The notes under the pieces are model-generated. The model was not told where the DNA came from. It did no database searches and saw only the letters and a program-made list of their open reading frames with translations. From contig JBFMCE010000057.1 of assembly GCA_040754655.1 (NCBI GenBank), positions 1-25,181 of the forward strand: a stretch of 25,181 nucleotides of DNA, in the 5' to 3' direction. Source of the stretch: Bdellovibrionota bacterium. Lineage in GTDB: Bacteria > Bdellovibrionota > UBA1018 > UBA923. The position numbers and the translations under genes are program-made. Of this stretch, positions 1-8,237 are shown one piece after another (position 1 is the stretch's first letter; each line of letters begins with the position of its first letter).

Positions 1-1177
1 GAAGTTTTACGATTTAAAAAAACACGGTGTTGTTTTGGGTCTTGTCGGGTGCCTTTGGGCAGCGTCGCCGCCGATGGCAGGCGCGCAAGAACTAGAACAG
101 ACGAAAACCTCGACTGCAGCCATTTTGTCCATAGAGTATTTTGACAGCGAGATCGGAAAAGTTTGTCGCCGTTTGGAAGATGAAAAGAATGAACGGATTT
201 CTTTCGAGTTAGACCTAATTCTCGGTCCTAGAGACGAGTTTCAACAGAAGTCTGAAATTCTGTTGAAGCCCCAGATTGCTTACTTAGAGAAGCTCAAGAA
301 AAAGTATGAGGGCGCCGATTTTAAAAAATTTAGAGACCGAGTTTTAAAATATTCCTCTGACTTTCAAGCGAAGAAAAAATTGGTAGATGCTGAGCTTCAG
401 TGGGGCCAGATAAAAGACTATGAGGCCGAATCTAAACTTGATGACATTGACAAGACAGCGCTTGAAAAACTTTCCCCATCCGTTGAAAAAGCATTTGGAA
501 AATTGATTGCGGATCCTCCCAAAAAGAGCACCTCAGGGAATGTTCTTAATCTTTATCCAGTGAAGGTTGTTAATCTTTATGCCTTGCATGAGGTTGGCTG
601 TGATCCCGAGACCGAAGGGTTCGGCCGGGCTGGTTTTCAAAGCTCAAATTGCAAGCTTGATCAAGCCCCTCGTCACATCGAAAACTACGCTAGCCCTGAT
701 CACGATACGGTTTACGCAGAGTCTTATCCTGAAGCATATAAGGGCATGTTGAATCCTTCGATCAAGTTGGCTAGCGGCAAACTTCTCTTTAAGTCTGCAC
801 AAGTAGTAGAGGTTCGAGGAGTTCGTTTTATAGTGCCTCTTTCGATCGACCTCGTTACAGGTGAAATTTACGGCGAGTCAAAAGAAGAGCTCCGCCAGAT
901 ACGGATCGGCGGTGATACCGAGGATGATCAAGAACAGCGTCTTGCACGCGAGAAGGCCAAAATTGAAGAAGAATATCCCAAAGCATGCGCTGAATTGGCT
1001 GCCAGGTGGCGTGCGTATCAGCACGACCAATCTGATGCGGCAGATGGCATAACGACTACAAAAACAGTCAATACTTCATCTGTCGCGAGTGGTGCGGCCT
1101 CTTTTGCTCCGACACAAACGACCACCACCTCAAGCGCAGCTGTAGGTTCGAGCACAGTATCAGGAGATGTAAAATGA
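1..1177 (+). CDS. Secreted hypothetical protein, paralog 1 of a tandem family (5'-partial)
   Basis: The frame is open from position 2 (KFYDLKKHGVVLGLVGCLWAASPPMAGA/QE), which reads as a signal peptide. G at position 1 may be the last base of the start codon. Shares QIxYL, PxIxxxxGK, IDLxxGE and YPxxC motifs and a Thr/Ser/Ala-rich tail with the next two ORFs. Confidence 0.8.
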   Translation, partial: KFYDLKKHGVVLGLVGCLWAASPPMAGAQELEQTKTSTAAILSIEYFDSEIGKVCRRLEDEKNERISFELDLILGPRDEFQQKSEILLKPQIAYLEKLKKKYEGADFKKFRDRVLKYSSDFQAKKKLVDAELQWGQIKDYEAESKLDDIDKTALEKLSPSVEKAFGKLIADPPKKSTSGNVLNLYPVKVVNLYALHEVGCDPETEGFGRAGFQSSNCKLDQAPRHIENYASPDHDTVYAESYPEAYKGMLNPSIKLASGKLLFKSAQVVEVRGVRFIVPLSIDLVTGEIYGESKEELRQIRIGGDTEDDQEQRLAREKAKIEEEYPKACAELAARWRAYQHDQSDAADGITTTKTVNTSSVASGAASFAPTQTTTTSSAAVGSSTVSGDVK

Positions 1178-2208
1178 ATTCGAAGAAACTTTTGATTTCA
1201 CTGGCAATGCCAACACTGGTTTTAGTTTCGACTTTGCAGTTTGCAGTAGCCGAAGAACAGCCTTCAGGATGCTCAGTCGAACAGAAGCTTGAGATTCAAA
1301 GTAAGTTAGCGGAAGCCAAGAAAGAGTCATTTGTATTTCGCGAGAAGGCTTCGCAGGTTTTGCCGAAGCTAGCCGCCGATCAGATGGTTTGGCTCAAGAA
1401 AATGCAAGAGAAATTTTCGGATGATCTTTTTTCGCCTGATGCCAAGGTAAGGTTTCAAGAATATGTCACGCGCTACAAAGCCATCGAAGCTGAGGCAAAA
1501 CGGAAGTTTCGTGTTTCTGAACCTCAAGCGCTCCTAGATAAATTCGACAAGAAAATGCAGTGGGATCTCGATCAAGACATCAGCTACCAAGATACAAGCC
1601 CGTTTGATCTGTTTTTTAGAAGCACTTTAAAAAGACAGCTCAACGAAGGTATGCGTATTCGAGTCGACAACGGATGGCTCTATAGCCGTTCGGCCGACGA
1701 GCTTCCATTTTTTTATGAGAATTCAGCAGCACCCCGGATCCAGGTCAAAGGTGGCAAAGTAATTCTGTTTGCGAAAGGATTTTTTAAGATGGACCAGAAT
1801 GAATCAGGTTCAATCGTTACAGGGCTTACTCACGGAATCGATCTTTTTTCAGGCGAACTTGTTCCTGTCGAAATGTACAAAAACGGCGAGCCCACGGATA
1901 TTGATCCGGCAGATATTCTGAATCACAAGCTGGCTGAGCTTCTGAGCGAAGCAGAGGAAGATTATGAAAATCAACAGGCTGATATCTTATCAGAATATCC
2001 CCTAGAGTGCCGTGTAGCTCTGACACTCGATGAAGTCTCGGCAACCAAGACCGCGAGCAAAACACCTGAGTTTACGACGATCGAAGAGAGCGATGAAACG
2101 AAAGCGATACTAGCGCCGACCAAGTCTGCTACGGTTGCTGATCCAGATGCAGGCGTTGTGAGAACAGCTACGGCTGCTGCCCTTAGTGAAGGAGAAGTAC
2201 AAAAATGA
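1174..2208 (+). CDS. Secreted hypothetical protein, paralog 2 (344 aa)
   Basis: ATGA overlap with the upstream stop and a GGAG SD. Sec signal MNSKKLLISLAMPTLVLVSTLQFAVA/EE. Motifs GCSxEQK, ADQMVWLK, GIDLFSGELVP, YPLEC, ATKTAS. Confidence 0.85.
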   Translation: MNSKKLLISLAMPTLVLVSTLQFAVAEEQPSGCSVEQKLEIQSKLAEAKKESFVFREKASQVLPKLAADQMVWLKKMQEKFSDDLFSPDAKVRFQEYVTRYKAIEAEAKRKFRVSEPQALLDKFDKKMQWDLDQDISYQDTSPFDLFFRSTLKRQLNEGMRIRVDNGWLYSRSADELPFFYENSAAPRIQVKGGKVILFAKGFFKMDQNESGSIVTGLTHGIDLFSGELVPVEMYKNGEPTDIDPADILNHKLAELLSEAEEDYENQQADILSEYPLECRVALTLDEVSATKTASKTPEFTTIEESDETKAILAPTKSATVADPDAGVVRTATAAALSEGEVQK

Positions 2209-3221
2209 AGTTTCGAAGTACTGGTTTGGTTCCTTTGTTTTTAGTTCTAATGGTCGCTGCCGGTTTTCAGCCAGTGAGTTGGGCTCAAGAATCTGATGCC
2301 GTAGAAGGTTGTTCAGATGAGCAAAAAAAGGATCTTGAACTGAAACTCGAGCAGAAAAAGAAAGAGTGGCTCGCTTCTTACAATCGTGCGTCGCAGACAC
2401 AAGCATTGTTAAAGGTGTCTGCCGATCAAATAAGTTGGCTCAAAGAAAAACAGGCGCAGTTTGCAGGTTCTGGTTTTCCTGCCGATGCGAAGTCTTTTCT
2501 TGAAGGTTATGTCAAAGAATACAAAAAGCGTAAGGCACACGCTATTGAATACCAGATTCAAGATGCAGGCCTCTTTTTGAGAAATTACGATCAAGAAACG
2601 ATGGAGTACTACGGTCGTGACGTTGACAATGTTCAGGGAGCTAATCCGCTTTATCGGTTTTTTGAAGAGGTCTTGGATGGAGTAGAGGTCTATAGAGTTC
2701 ATTGGGGCTGGCCAGATTTCGATTTCGCAATGGGTCTAGGGCCTTACGATGGCTTTCGTTCACCTCGTTTAGAGATCAAAGAAGGCAGGGCTGTTTTGGT
2801 GGGCGGCGGTTATTCAGATCCGGTTGGATTCGAGCAAGGCATTGACTTGTTCTCGGGTGAACTCATTCCTGCTGATCCTATGCAAGCGGTAAATGCCGGT
2901 ATTGAACAGTATCGCGGGGCTCACGAAGAGCTAGTTGCTCAAGAAAGAAACGCCCTCTTTCGCAAGTATCCGGAAGAATGTGTTATCGCAGTCGAGATTG
3001 ACGAATTCCTTGCGACGAAAACAGCAAGCCCAGCAGCTGATCTTCCGACGCTGGAAGATGGTCTTATTGGCAAGGCTGCAGTTAACTTGGGCGATGTAGC
3101 TACAGGGACAGTCGCTACCAGCACCGTCACAACAAGTACTGTCGCCATCGTTCCGACCAGCACTGCCGCTGGCGAGCCTGCTGGTACTTCAACCCGTACG
3201 GCGACTGTCGCTGGCGAGTAG
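2205..3221 (+). CDS. Secreted hypothetical protein, paralog 3 (338 aa)
   Basis: ATGA overlap and AAGGAG SD. Signal peptide ends SWA/QE. Motifs GCSDEQK, ADQISWLK, GIDLFSGELIP, YPEEC, ATKTAS; Thr-rich tail. Confidence 0.85.
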   Translation: MKFRSTGLVPLFLVLMVAAGFQPVSWAQESDAVEGCSDEQKKDLELKLEQKKKEWLASYNRASQTQALLKVSADQISWLKEKQAQFAGSGFPADAKSFLEGYVKEYKKRKAHAIEYQIQDAGLFLRNYDQETMEYYGRDVDNVQGANPLYRFFEEVLDGVEVYRVHWGWPDFDFAMGLGPYDGFRSPRLEIKEGRAVLVGGGYSDPVGFEQGIDLFSGELIPADPMQAVNAGIEQYRGAHEELVAQERNALFRKYPEECVIAVEIDEFLATKTASPAADLPTLEDGLIGKAAVNLGDVATGTVATSTVTTSTVAIVPTSTAAGEPAGTSTRTATVAGE

Positions 3222-3249
3222 TTAGTATAGACAATGGCGCGCGAGGATT

Positions 3250-3263
3250 TTTTGGCGCCAAAA
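3250..3263. promoter_or_regulatory. Perfect 14-bp palindrome TTTTGGCGCCAAAA within an imperfect hairpin (3241-3270)
   Basis: Read directly. There is no downstream U-tract, so it looks more like a protein-binding site than an intrinsic terminator. Confidence 0.35.
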
Positions 3264-3328
3264 TCCCCGCACAAAAACAACACAATCGTGGGGAGCGCAC
3301 CGTTAACCTTCTCCCCGGACAGAGGGGC

Positions 3329-3343
3329 GTCTAAACTTTAGAC
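3329..3343. promoter_or_regulatory. Putative upstream activator site for an enhancer-binding protein: GTCTAAA-C-TTTAGAC
   Basis: Perfect 7-1-7 inverted repeat centred about 115 bp upstream of the predicted sigma54 start site. Confidence 0.55.
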
Positions 3344-3398
3344 ACCTGCGGGAATGATCGCCAAATTCCAAGTGTATATTTTTAACTTTGTCTATTAT

Positions 3399-3411
3399 TT
3401 TCAAGTACTTG
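3399..3411 (+). promoter_or_regulatory. IHF-like binding site TTTCAAGTACTTG
   Basis: One mismatch to WATCAANNNNTTR, preceded by an AT-rich tract, and located between the palindrome and the -24/-12 element. Confidence 0.45.
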
Positions 3412-3424
3412 TGGTGGACTTTCC

Positions 3425-3440
3425 TGGCATGCAGGTTGCT
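3425..3440 (+). promoter_or_regulatory. Sigma54 (RpoN) -24/-12 promoter TGGCAT-GCAGG-TTGCT
   Basis: Fits TGGCAC-N5-TTGCW with correct GG/GC spacing and one mismatch. Predicted TSS about 3451, followed by a GAGAGAGG SD and ATG at 3470. Confidence 0.8.
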
Positions 3441-3469
3441 TTTAACTAAGGTTAAGAGAGAGGCAAACC

Positions 3470-4318
3470 ATGCGAAGTCCAAGGTCTAAAAATTCGATTT
3501 TATTGCTTATTGGTGCAGTCGTTTCGCTGAACCTTGTCGGCGGATGTGCTCAACAAGAAGGTGCCAGTGGCTTTTCAAACGCACAAGTAGGCGCAAATTT
3601 CGGAGCTGTCGGACAAACTGGAACAGACGGTGACACTAGAAACAATAATGCCGTAAACCCTCCTCCTGCCGGAGGTGGTGGCGGCAGTCAAGATCCGGGC
3701 AACGGAGCCGGCGGCAACGCGGGCGGCAGCAATGGCAACGGCTCAAACGGAAGTCTTGGCGGCATTGACGGGAGTAGAGTCACTTTTCCCAGCTCCGGTA
3801 CGGCAACCTTACCCCGAGACGCTCGTTTGGCTTCGACGATGCCGCTTCAAACGGGTCCCATGATCCCAGTTGATCTGGGCCTTGGAAACAACGGCATTCC
3901 CACAGCGCCTCCTGCAAACACCACGACCGCAACCGGTGCCGGAGGGGCATCGGTAAGCATCACTCTGAATGGCGTATGCCAGCCCCGAGGCCAGGCTTGC
4001 GGATACAGCTACAGCGGCGGATATCCCGCCCACCTGCAGAAGCACTGCCAGATCAATTACTTTGACCCGAACTCAGGCCAGGTTCGCAACGAGATCTTTT
4101 ACACCGATTGCGGAAGTTGCACTGAGGCCGCCCTCATGCACGCCGCCACCTCAGGAGCACCTGTTTTCCGAGTTTCAGGCCTTCAATGCTTTGGAACAGC
4201 CCGGATGAATGACTTTTCGCCAACCCTCTATCGTTTTTCAGTCGAGACCCTCTTGTCGGGCTCGGCCTGTGCGGCCAACCCTGAGTTCTTTGGCTTTCAA
4301 AACTGTATGGCCAACTAA
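3470..4318 (+). CDS. Lipoprotein with Gly/Asn-rich linker and C-terminal 8-Cys domain (282 aa)
   Basis: Basic N-terminus, hydrophobic core, lipobox VGG-C. Low-complexity G/N/P region followed by a domain of about 115 aa with 8 Cys. Confidence 0.8.
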   Translation: MRSPRSKNSILLLIGAVVSLNLVGGCAQQEGASGFSNAQVGANFGAVGQTGTDGDTRNNNAVNPPPAGGGGGSQDPGNGAGGNAGGSNGNGSNGSLGGIDGSRVTFPSSGTATLPRDARLASTMPLQTGPMIPVDLGLGNNGIPTAPPANTTTATGAGGASVSITLNGVCQPRGQACGYSYSGGYPAHLQKHCQINYFDPNSGQVRNEIFYTDCGSCTEAALMHAATSGAPVFRVSGLQCFGTARMNDFSPTLYRFSVETLLSGSACAANPEFFGFQNCMAN

Positions 4319-4404
4319 ACGTAAGTTCCCGCCCGTTATCAACCCGAGCGCGTATTTCGCCTGAGCTCTGTGCTACGCATCATCAATTCCTGCAAAGTGG
4401 ACTC

Positions 4405-4433
4405 TTGCAATCAGTTTCGAGAACCAATAGAGT
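4405..4433 (+). promoter_or_regulatory. Sigma70-type promoter for smc: TTGCAA-N17-TAGAGT
   Basis: -35 at 4405-4410, 17-bp spacer, -10 at 4428-4433. Confidence 0.5.
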
Positions 4434-4444
4434 TTTCCACTAGG

Positions 4445-7400
4445 ATGAGAGTCAAACGCTTAGAGATCCAAGGGTTCAAGTCATTTAAAGATAAAACGGT
4501 CATTCATTTCGATGACGGGGTTACTGGCATTGTCGGCCCGAACGGGTGCGGTAAATCAAACATTGTCGACTCGTTCTTCTGGGTGATGGGTGAGCAATCC
4601 AACAAGCACATGCGTGCCGACGGATCGCAAGACCTCATCTTCAACGGCAGCGAAAAGTACGCGCCGCTCGGCATGGCCGAGGTGACAATGGTGCTCGCAA
4701 CCGGCGCGCAACCTGGCACCCTTCCTGAAGGAGTCAGCCTGCGCGATTTGCCGGCGCATCTGCGGTACGAAGAAATTTCTGTGACTCGCAGGCTCTTTAG
4801 AAACGGTGAGAGCGAGTACCTTATCAATGGGCAGACTTGTCGTTTGAAAGACATCCATGAGCTGTTCATGGACACGGGCGCCGGGCCAAAAGCTTATTCG
4901 ATCATTGAACAAGGGCAGATCTCAAAGATCGTCGCATCAAAACCAGAAGACCGCAGGGTTCTGGTTGAAGAAGCCGCCGGGATCGTGAAGTTCAAAGCGA
5001 GAAAAAAAGAGTCTTTGAGGAAGATCGAAGCCACCAGGCAAAATCTTCTTCGAATCAACGACATCATCGCCGAAATCGAGCGACAGCTGAATTTCTTAGA
5101 GCGTCAGGCCACCAAAGCGCGCCAGTACAAGAAGTACAAGGAAGAGCTCCAAGGCAAAGAGCTCTTGGTCGGAAGGAAGAAACTCTTTGGGCTGAAGCTC
5201 CATTCCCAAGAAGTCGCCAGCCGCCTTCAAGCGCTTGAAGTGAGTGAAGTAGAAAGTCGAAACGAATTGCAGTCGGCCGAGCTGCGAATTGAAAATTTTA
5301 AGATCCAGATGACCGAAGCGCAGCGCCTAGCTGAAGATGCTCAATTGGCTCTGCAGAACCTTCAGCGCGAAATCGCTCAAGACGATACGAAGATTCAATT
5401 GCATCGCCGTAATATTCAAGAGCTTGAAAACTCGAACATGACTCTTGATGAAGAGAACGAAGAGCTCATCGCCAATATCCAGAAACTGGGCGACGAACAG
5501 GCCAAGCTTGAAAGCGAGTCTAGCCAACTTCAAGAGCTCTTTCAAAATGCCGACTCGATCCTGAAAGAACATCAGGGCAGGTTAGACGAAGCAAAACAGC
5601 GCGCCGATGAACTGGGCAAGACGCTCGAGGCTGAAAAACGCGAGCTGATGTCGAGCCTCAACAGGCAAACCGAGATTTCAAACCAAGTGCATGGGCTTGA
5701 GGCGAGGGTTGATGGTTTGTCAGTTCAAATCAATGGTCTTGCCGCTAAGATTTCAGACCGCGAGCTTGATTGCGAGGTTTTCTCTGAAAAGGCGGCATCT
5801 TCTAGAGCGCTCTACGAGAGCACTTCTTCTGAAGCGTCAGTGGCGCGTGGGCAGACAGAAAGTTTGCGCACTGAGATTCAATCTTTGGAAAACGAACTCA
5901 AGACCTTGCGTGTAGACGAAGCTGCAGCTCGGGAGGATCGCGCCAAAACCGATTCGCGCGTGAAGTCTTTGCAACAACTGGTCGACAATCACGAAGGCTT
6001 CAGGGCTGATGTGCAGAACATCTTGAAGAGCTCTGAGTTCGCAAGCGGATTGCGCGGTGTTTTCGCTGACAAACTTGAAGCGCATCCTGGTTATGAGTTC
6101 GCTTTAGAGAGCGTTCTGAGAGAATTCTTAGAGAGCATTTTTGTTGATGATGCACTTCAAGCGCGTCAGTTGATCCAGACTTTAAAAGACCAAAACATTG
6201 GTCGCGCCGTTTTTTGGTCGCAGGATTTGATTGAGGCCAGGGCAACCCGTCGCCATGCTTCAACCCAAGTCAGTGTAGATGAGGTGAAACAACTTGTTCC
6301 TCATGCGAAGTCGCTTCTTGAAGTGATTAGGCTTGATCATGAAAAAGCAGCGCTTCTGCTGAACCTGTTTGATCACCACTATGTCGTTGACTCTCTCGAC
6401 GAGGCGCTCGATGCCTTTGGCAAGACCGCTCATCTTGGAGTGAGTTATGTGACTCGAGAAGGCGACGTCGTCGATCGCTATGGACGCGTGGGCGGTGGCA
6501 GCACGAAATCCTTGGAGGGCGGCATTCTTGCGAGAAAGGCCGAGCTTCAAAAACTCACTGAGCACCTGGTTCGCATTACTGAGCGCAGTGAACAACTCAG
6601 CGCAAGGCTCAAAGAGGTTGAGTCCACCTTGCAGCTCAAACGCCAAGAGTTCGACCAGATCAGCGCCAAACTTCGTGAGCTTGATCTTCAGGCCAAATCC
6701 GCAGAGCGTGACCTCGCTTCTGCAGAGACTCAGCTTTCAACAGCCAAAAGCCAGCTTGAGAACGAGCGGGCTGAGCGCGATTCGCTTGAGACCGAGCGAA
6801 GAAGCCTTTGGGAAAAGCTTGATGGCATCCGCCAAGAGCTTTCCGGAATTGAAAGCTCTACTCGCGAACGTGAGTCAGAAATTGAGCTGAAGTCTCGCAG
6901 CCACAATGAGGCTGTTCAGAGGGCGGCTGAAATTCAAGGTGCGATGGTTCAATTGAAGGTCGAGTTTGCGGCGGCGAATGAAAAGTTCCGCCATGCCAAA
7001 CAGAACCTTGAGCGGGTGAGCTTCGAGCTTTCTGAAGACCGCAGCCGCAAGGAAGAAGTCGAGCGTTTGATGAATCGAAAGCTCGACGAGAAAGACATGC
7101 TTGGCCAAGAGCTTCAAATGCTCGAAGAGCGGATGATTGAACTCACTTCGCGCGCGCAAGAACTTGAGAGCGCCACGCGTGAGCGCAAAAACCAGTTCGA
7201 GAAAGTAAATATTCAGCTTGGCGAGGCTTTTGAGCAGCAACGTTCGGCGATGAAGGCGGTTGAGGAAGGTTCGTCAGAGCTCAATCGTTTGAGAGTCGAG
7301 CAAGAGCGTAGTGGCTTAGAGTATCAAATGCTTTATCAAAGCATGTTTGAAAAGTATGGCATCGAGGAGTCTGCGATCGCTCCTCAGAGCGAGGAAGATC

Positions 7401-8077
7401 GTGCGAATTTCGACGCGTTGACGCCAGACAAGGAATCAGAGCTTCAAACAGAGGTCGACAAGCTTCGTGAACGCATTCGTAAGCTTGGTGAAGTGAACTT
7501 GTTGGCGGTCGAAGAGTATGACGAGCAGAAAAAACGCCACGAGTTCTTGATCAACCAGCGCGAAGACTTGCTCAAATCAATCCAAGACCTTGAGCGCGCG
7601 ATCGAACGCATCAACAAGACTTCGCTTGAGCGCTTTAAGATCGCCTTTGATGAGATCAATACAAGGTTCCAACGCATCTATCCGCTCGTGTTCGGAGGCG
7701 GCTGGGGCAAACTTGTCCTTACTCAGCCAGAAGACATCAACGAGACTGGCGTAGACATCATCGCAGAGCCTCCTGGTAAAAAGGTGGGTTCGATCCAATT
7801 GATGTCAGGCGGAGAGAAGGCGCTGACCGCGGTTGCGTTGATTTTCTCGATCTTCTTGATCAAACCCAGTCCCTTCTGCGTGCTCGATGAGGTTGACGCG
7901 CCTCTTGACGACCACAATGTCGGCAAGTTCAATGCGCTTCTCAAAGAAATGGCCGTACGCAGCCAGTTCATCATCATCACTCACAACAAACGCACTATGG
8001 AACTCAATGACAAACTCTATGGTGTGACGATGGAAGAGCCGGGCGTGTCGAAAATGGTCAGCATCCAAATGCAGTAG
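4445..8077 (+). CDS. smc: Chromosome segregation protein SMC (1210 aa)
   Basis: Canonical start MRVKRLEIQGFKSF (start moved from 4370 to 4445). Walker A GPNGCGKSN, Q-loop IIEQG, long coiled coils, hinge VTREGDVVDRYGRVGGG, signature MSGGEK, Walker B/D-loop VLDEVDAPLD, H-loop ITH. Confidence 0.98.
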   Translation: MRVKRLEIQGFKSFKDKTVIHFDDGVTGIVGPNGCGKSNIVDSFFWVMGEQSNKHMRADGSQDLIFNGSEKYAPLGMAEVTMVLATGAQPGTLPEGVSLRDLPAHLRYEEISVTRRLFRNGESEYLINGQTCRLKDIHELFMDTGAGPKAYSIIEQGQISKIVASKPEDRRVLVEEAAGIVKFKARKKESLRKIEATRQNLLRINDIIAEIERQLNFLERQATKARQYKKYKEELQGKELLVGRKKLFGLKLHSQEVASRLQALEVSEVESRNELQSAELRIENFKIQMTEAQRLAEDAQLALQNLQREIAQDDTKIQLHRRNIQELENSNMTLDEENEELIANIQKLGDEQAKLESESSQLQELFQNADSILKEHQGRLDEAKQRADELGKTLEAEKRELMSSLNRQTEISNQVHGLEARVDGLSVQINGLAAKISDRELDCEVFSEKAASSRALYESTSSEASVARGQTESLRTEIQSLENELKTLRVDEAAAREDRAKTDSRVKSLQQLVDNHEGFRADVQNILKSSEFASGLRGVFADKLEAHPGYEFALESVLREFLESIFVDDALQARQLIQTLKDQNIGRAVFWSQDLIEARATRRHASTQVSVDEVKQLVPHAKSLLEVIRLDHEKAALLLNLFDHHYVVDSLDEALDAFGKTAHLGVSYVTREGDVVDRYGRVGGGSTKSLEGGILARKAELQKLTEHLVRITERSEQLSARLKEVESTLQLKRQEFDQISAKLRELDLQAKSAERDLASAETQLSTAKSQLENERAERDSLETERRSLWEKLDGIRQELSGIESSTRERESEIELKSRSHNEAVQRAAEIQGAMVQLKVEFAAANEKFRHAKQNLERVSFELSEDRSRKEEVERLMNRKLDEKDMLGQELQMLEERMIELTSRAQELESATRERKNQFEKVNIQLGEAFEQQRSAMKAVEEGSSELNRLRVEQERSGLEYQMLYQSMFEKYGIEESAIAPQSEEDRANFDALTPDKESELQTEVDKLRERIRKLGEVNLLAVEEYDEQKKRHEFLINQREDLLKSIQDLERAIERINKTSLERFKIAFDEINTRFQRIYPLVFGGGWGKLVLTQPEDINETGVDIIAEPPGKKVGSIQLMSGGEKALTAVALIFSIFLIKPSPFCVLDEVDAPLDDHNVGKFNALLKEMAVRSQFIIITHNKRTMELNDKLYGVTMEEPGVSKMVSIQMQ

Positions 8078-8081
8078 TAGA

Positions 8082-8213
8082 GCTAGAGCTGTTGAAATTT
8101 CCGAATCTGCTTCGTTGCTCAAAAATGTGCGCTCCCGCAGCGGGCTTTTATGCCCGCTTTGGTCGGCCCATCTTTGAGCGCCTCGCATCTTCGAAAATTT
8201 GAACAGCTCTGGC
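8082..8213. repeat. 132-bp palindromic MITE/REP-like element
   Basis: Terminal arms CTAGAGCTGTTGAAATTTCCGAA / TTCGAAAATTTGAACAGCTCTGG (20/23), inner arms GCTCAAAAATG / CATCTTTGAGC (10/11), central hairpin AGCGGGC / GCCCGCT. Starts just after the smc stop. Confidence 0.65.
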
Positions 8214-8237
8214 GTTGATCGGTGCAATCCGATAAAA

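Noticed and set aside
3241..3280. Intrinsic terminator after the paralog array
   Set aside because: The hairpin is followed by an A-rich rather than U-rich tract on the + strand.
4109..4123. CGSC as a c-type heme-binding motif
   Set aside because: It is followed by Thr, not His, so it is not CxxCH.
4370..4444. 25-aa N-terminal extension of SMC in the ORF track
   Set aside because: SMC family homology begins at MRVKRLEIQGFKSF (4445), and the extension overlaps a plausible promoter.
4445..8077. smc as part of a Wadjet/MksBEF or other defence system
   Set aside because: Canonical full-length housekeeping SMC with no jet/mks partner genes adjacent. scpAB being unlinked is common.
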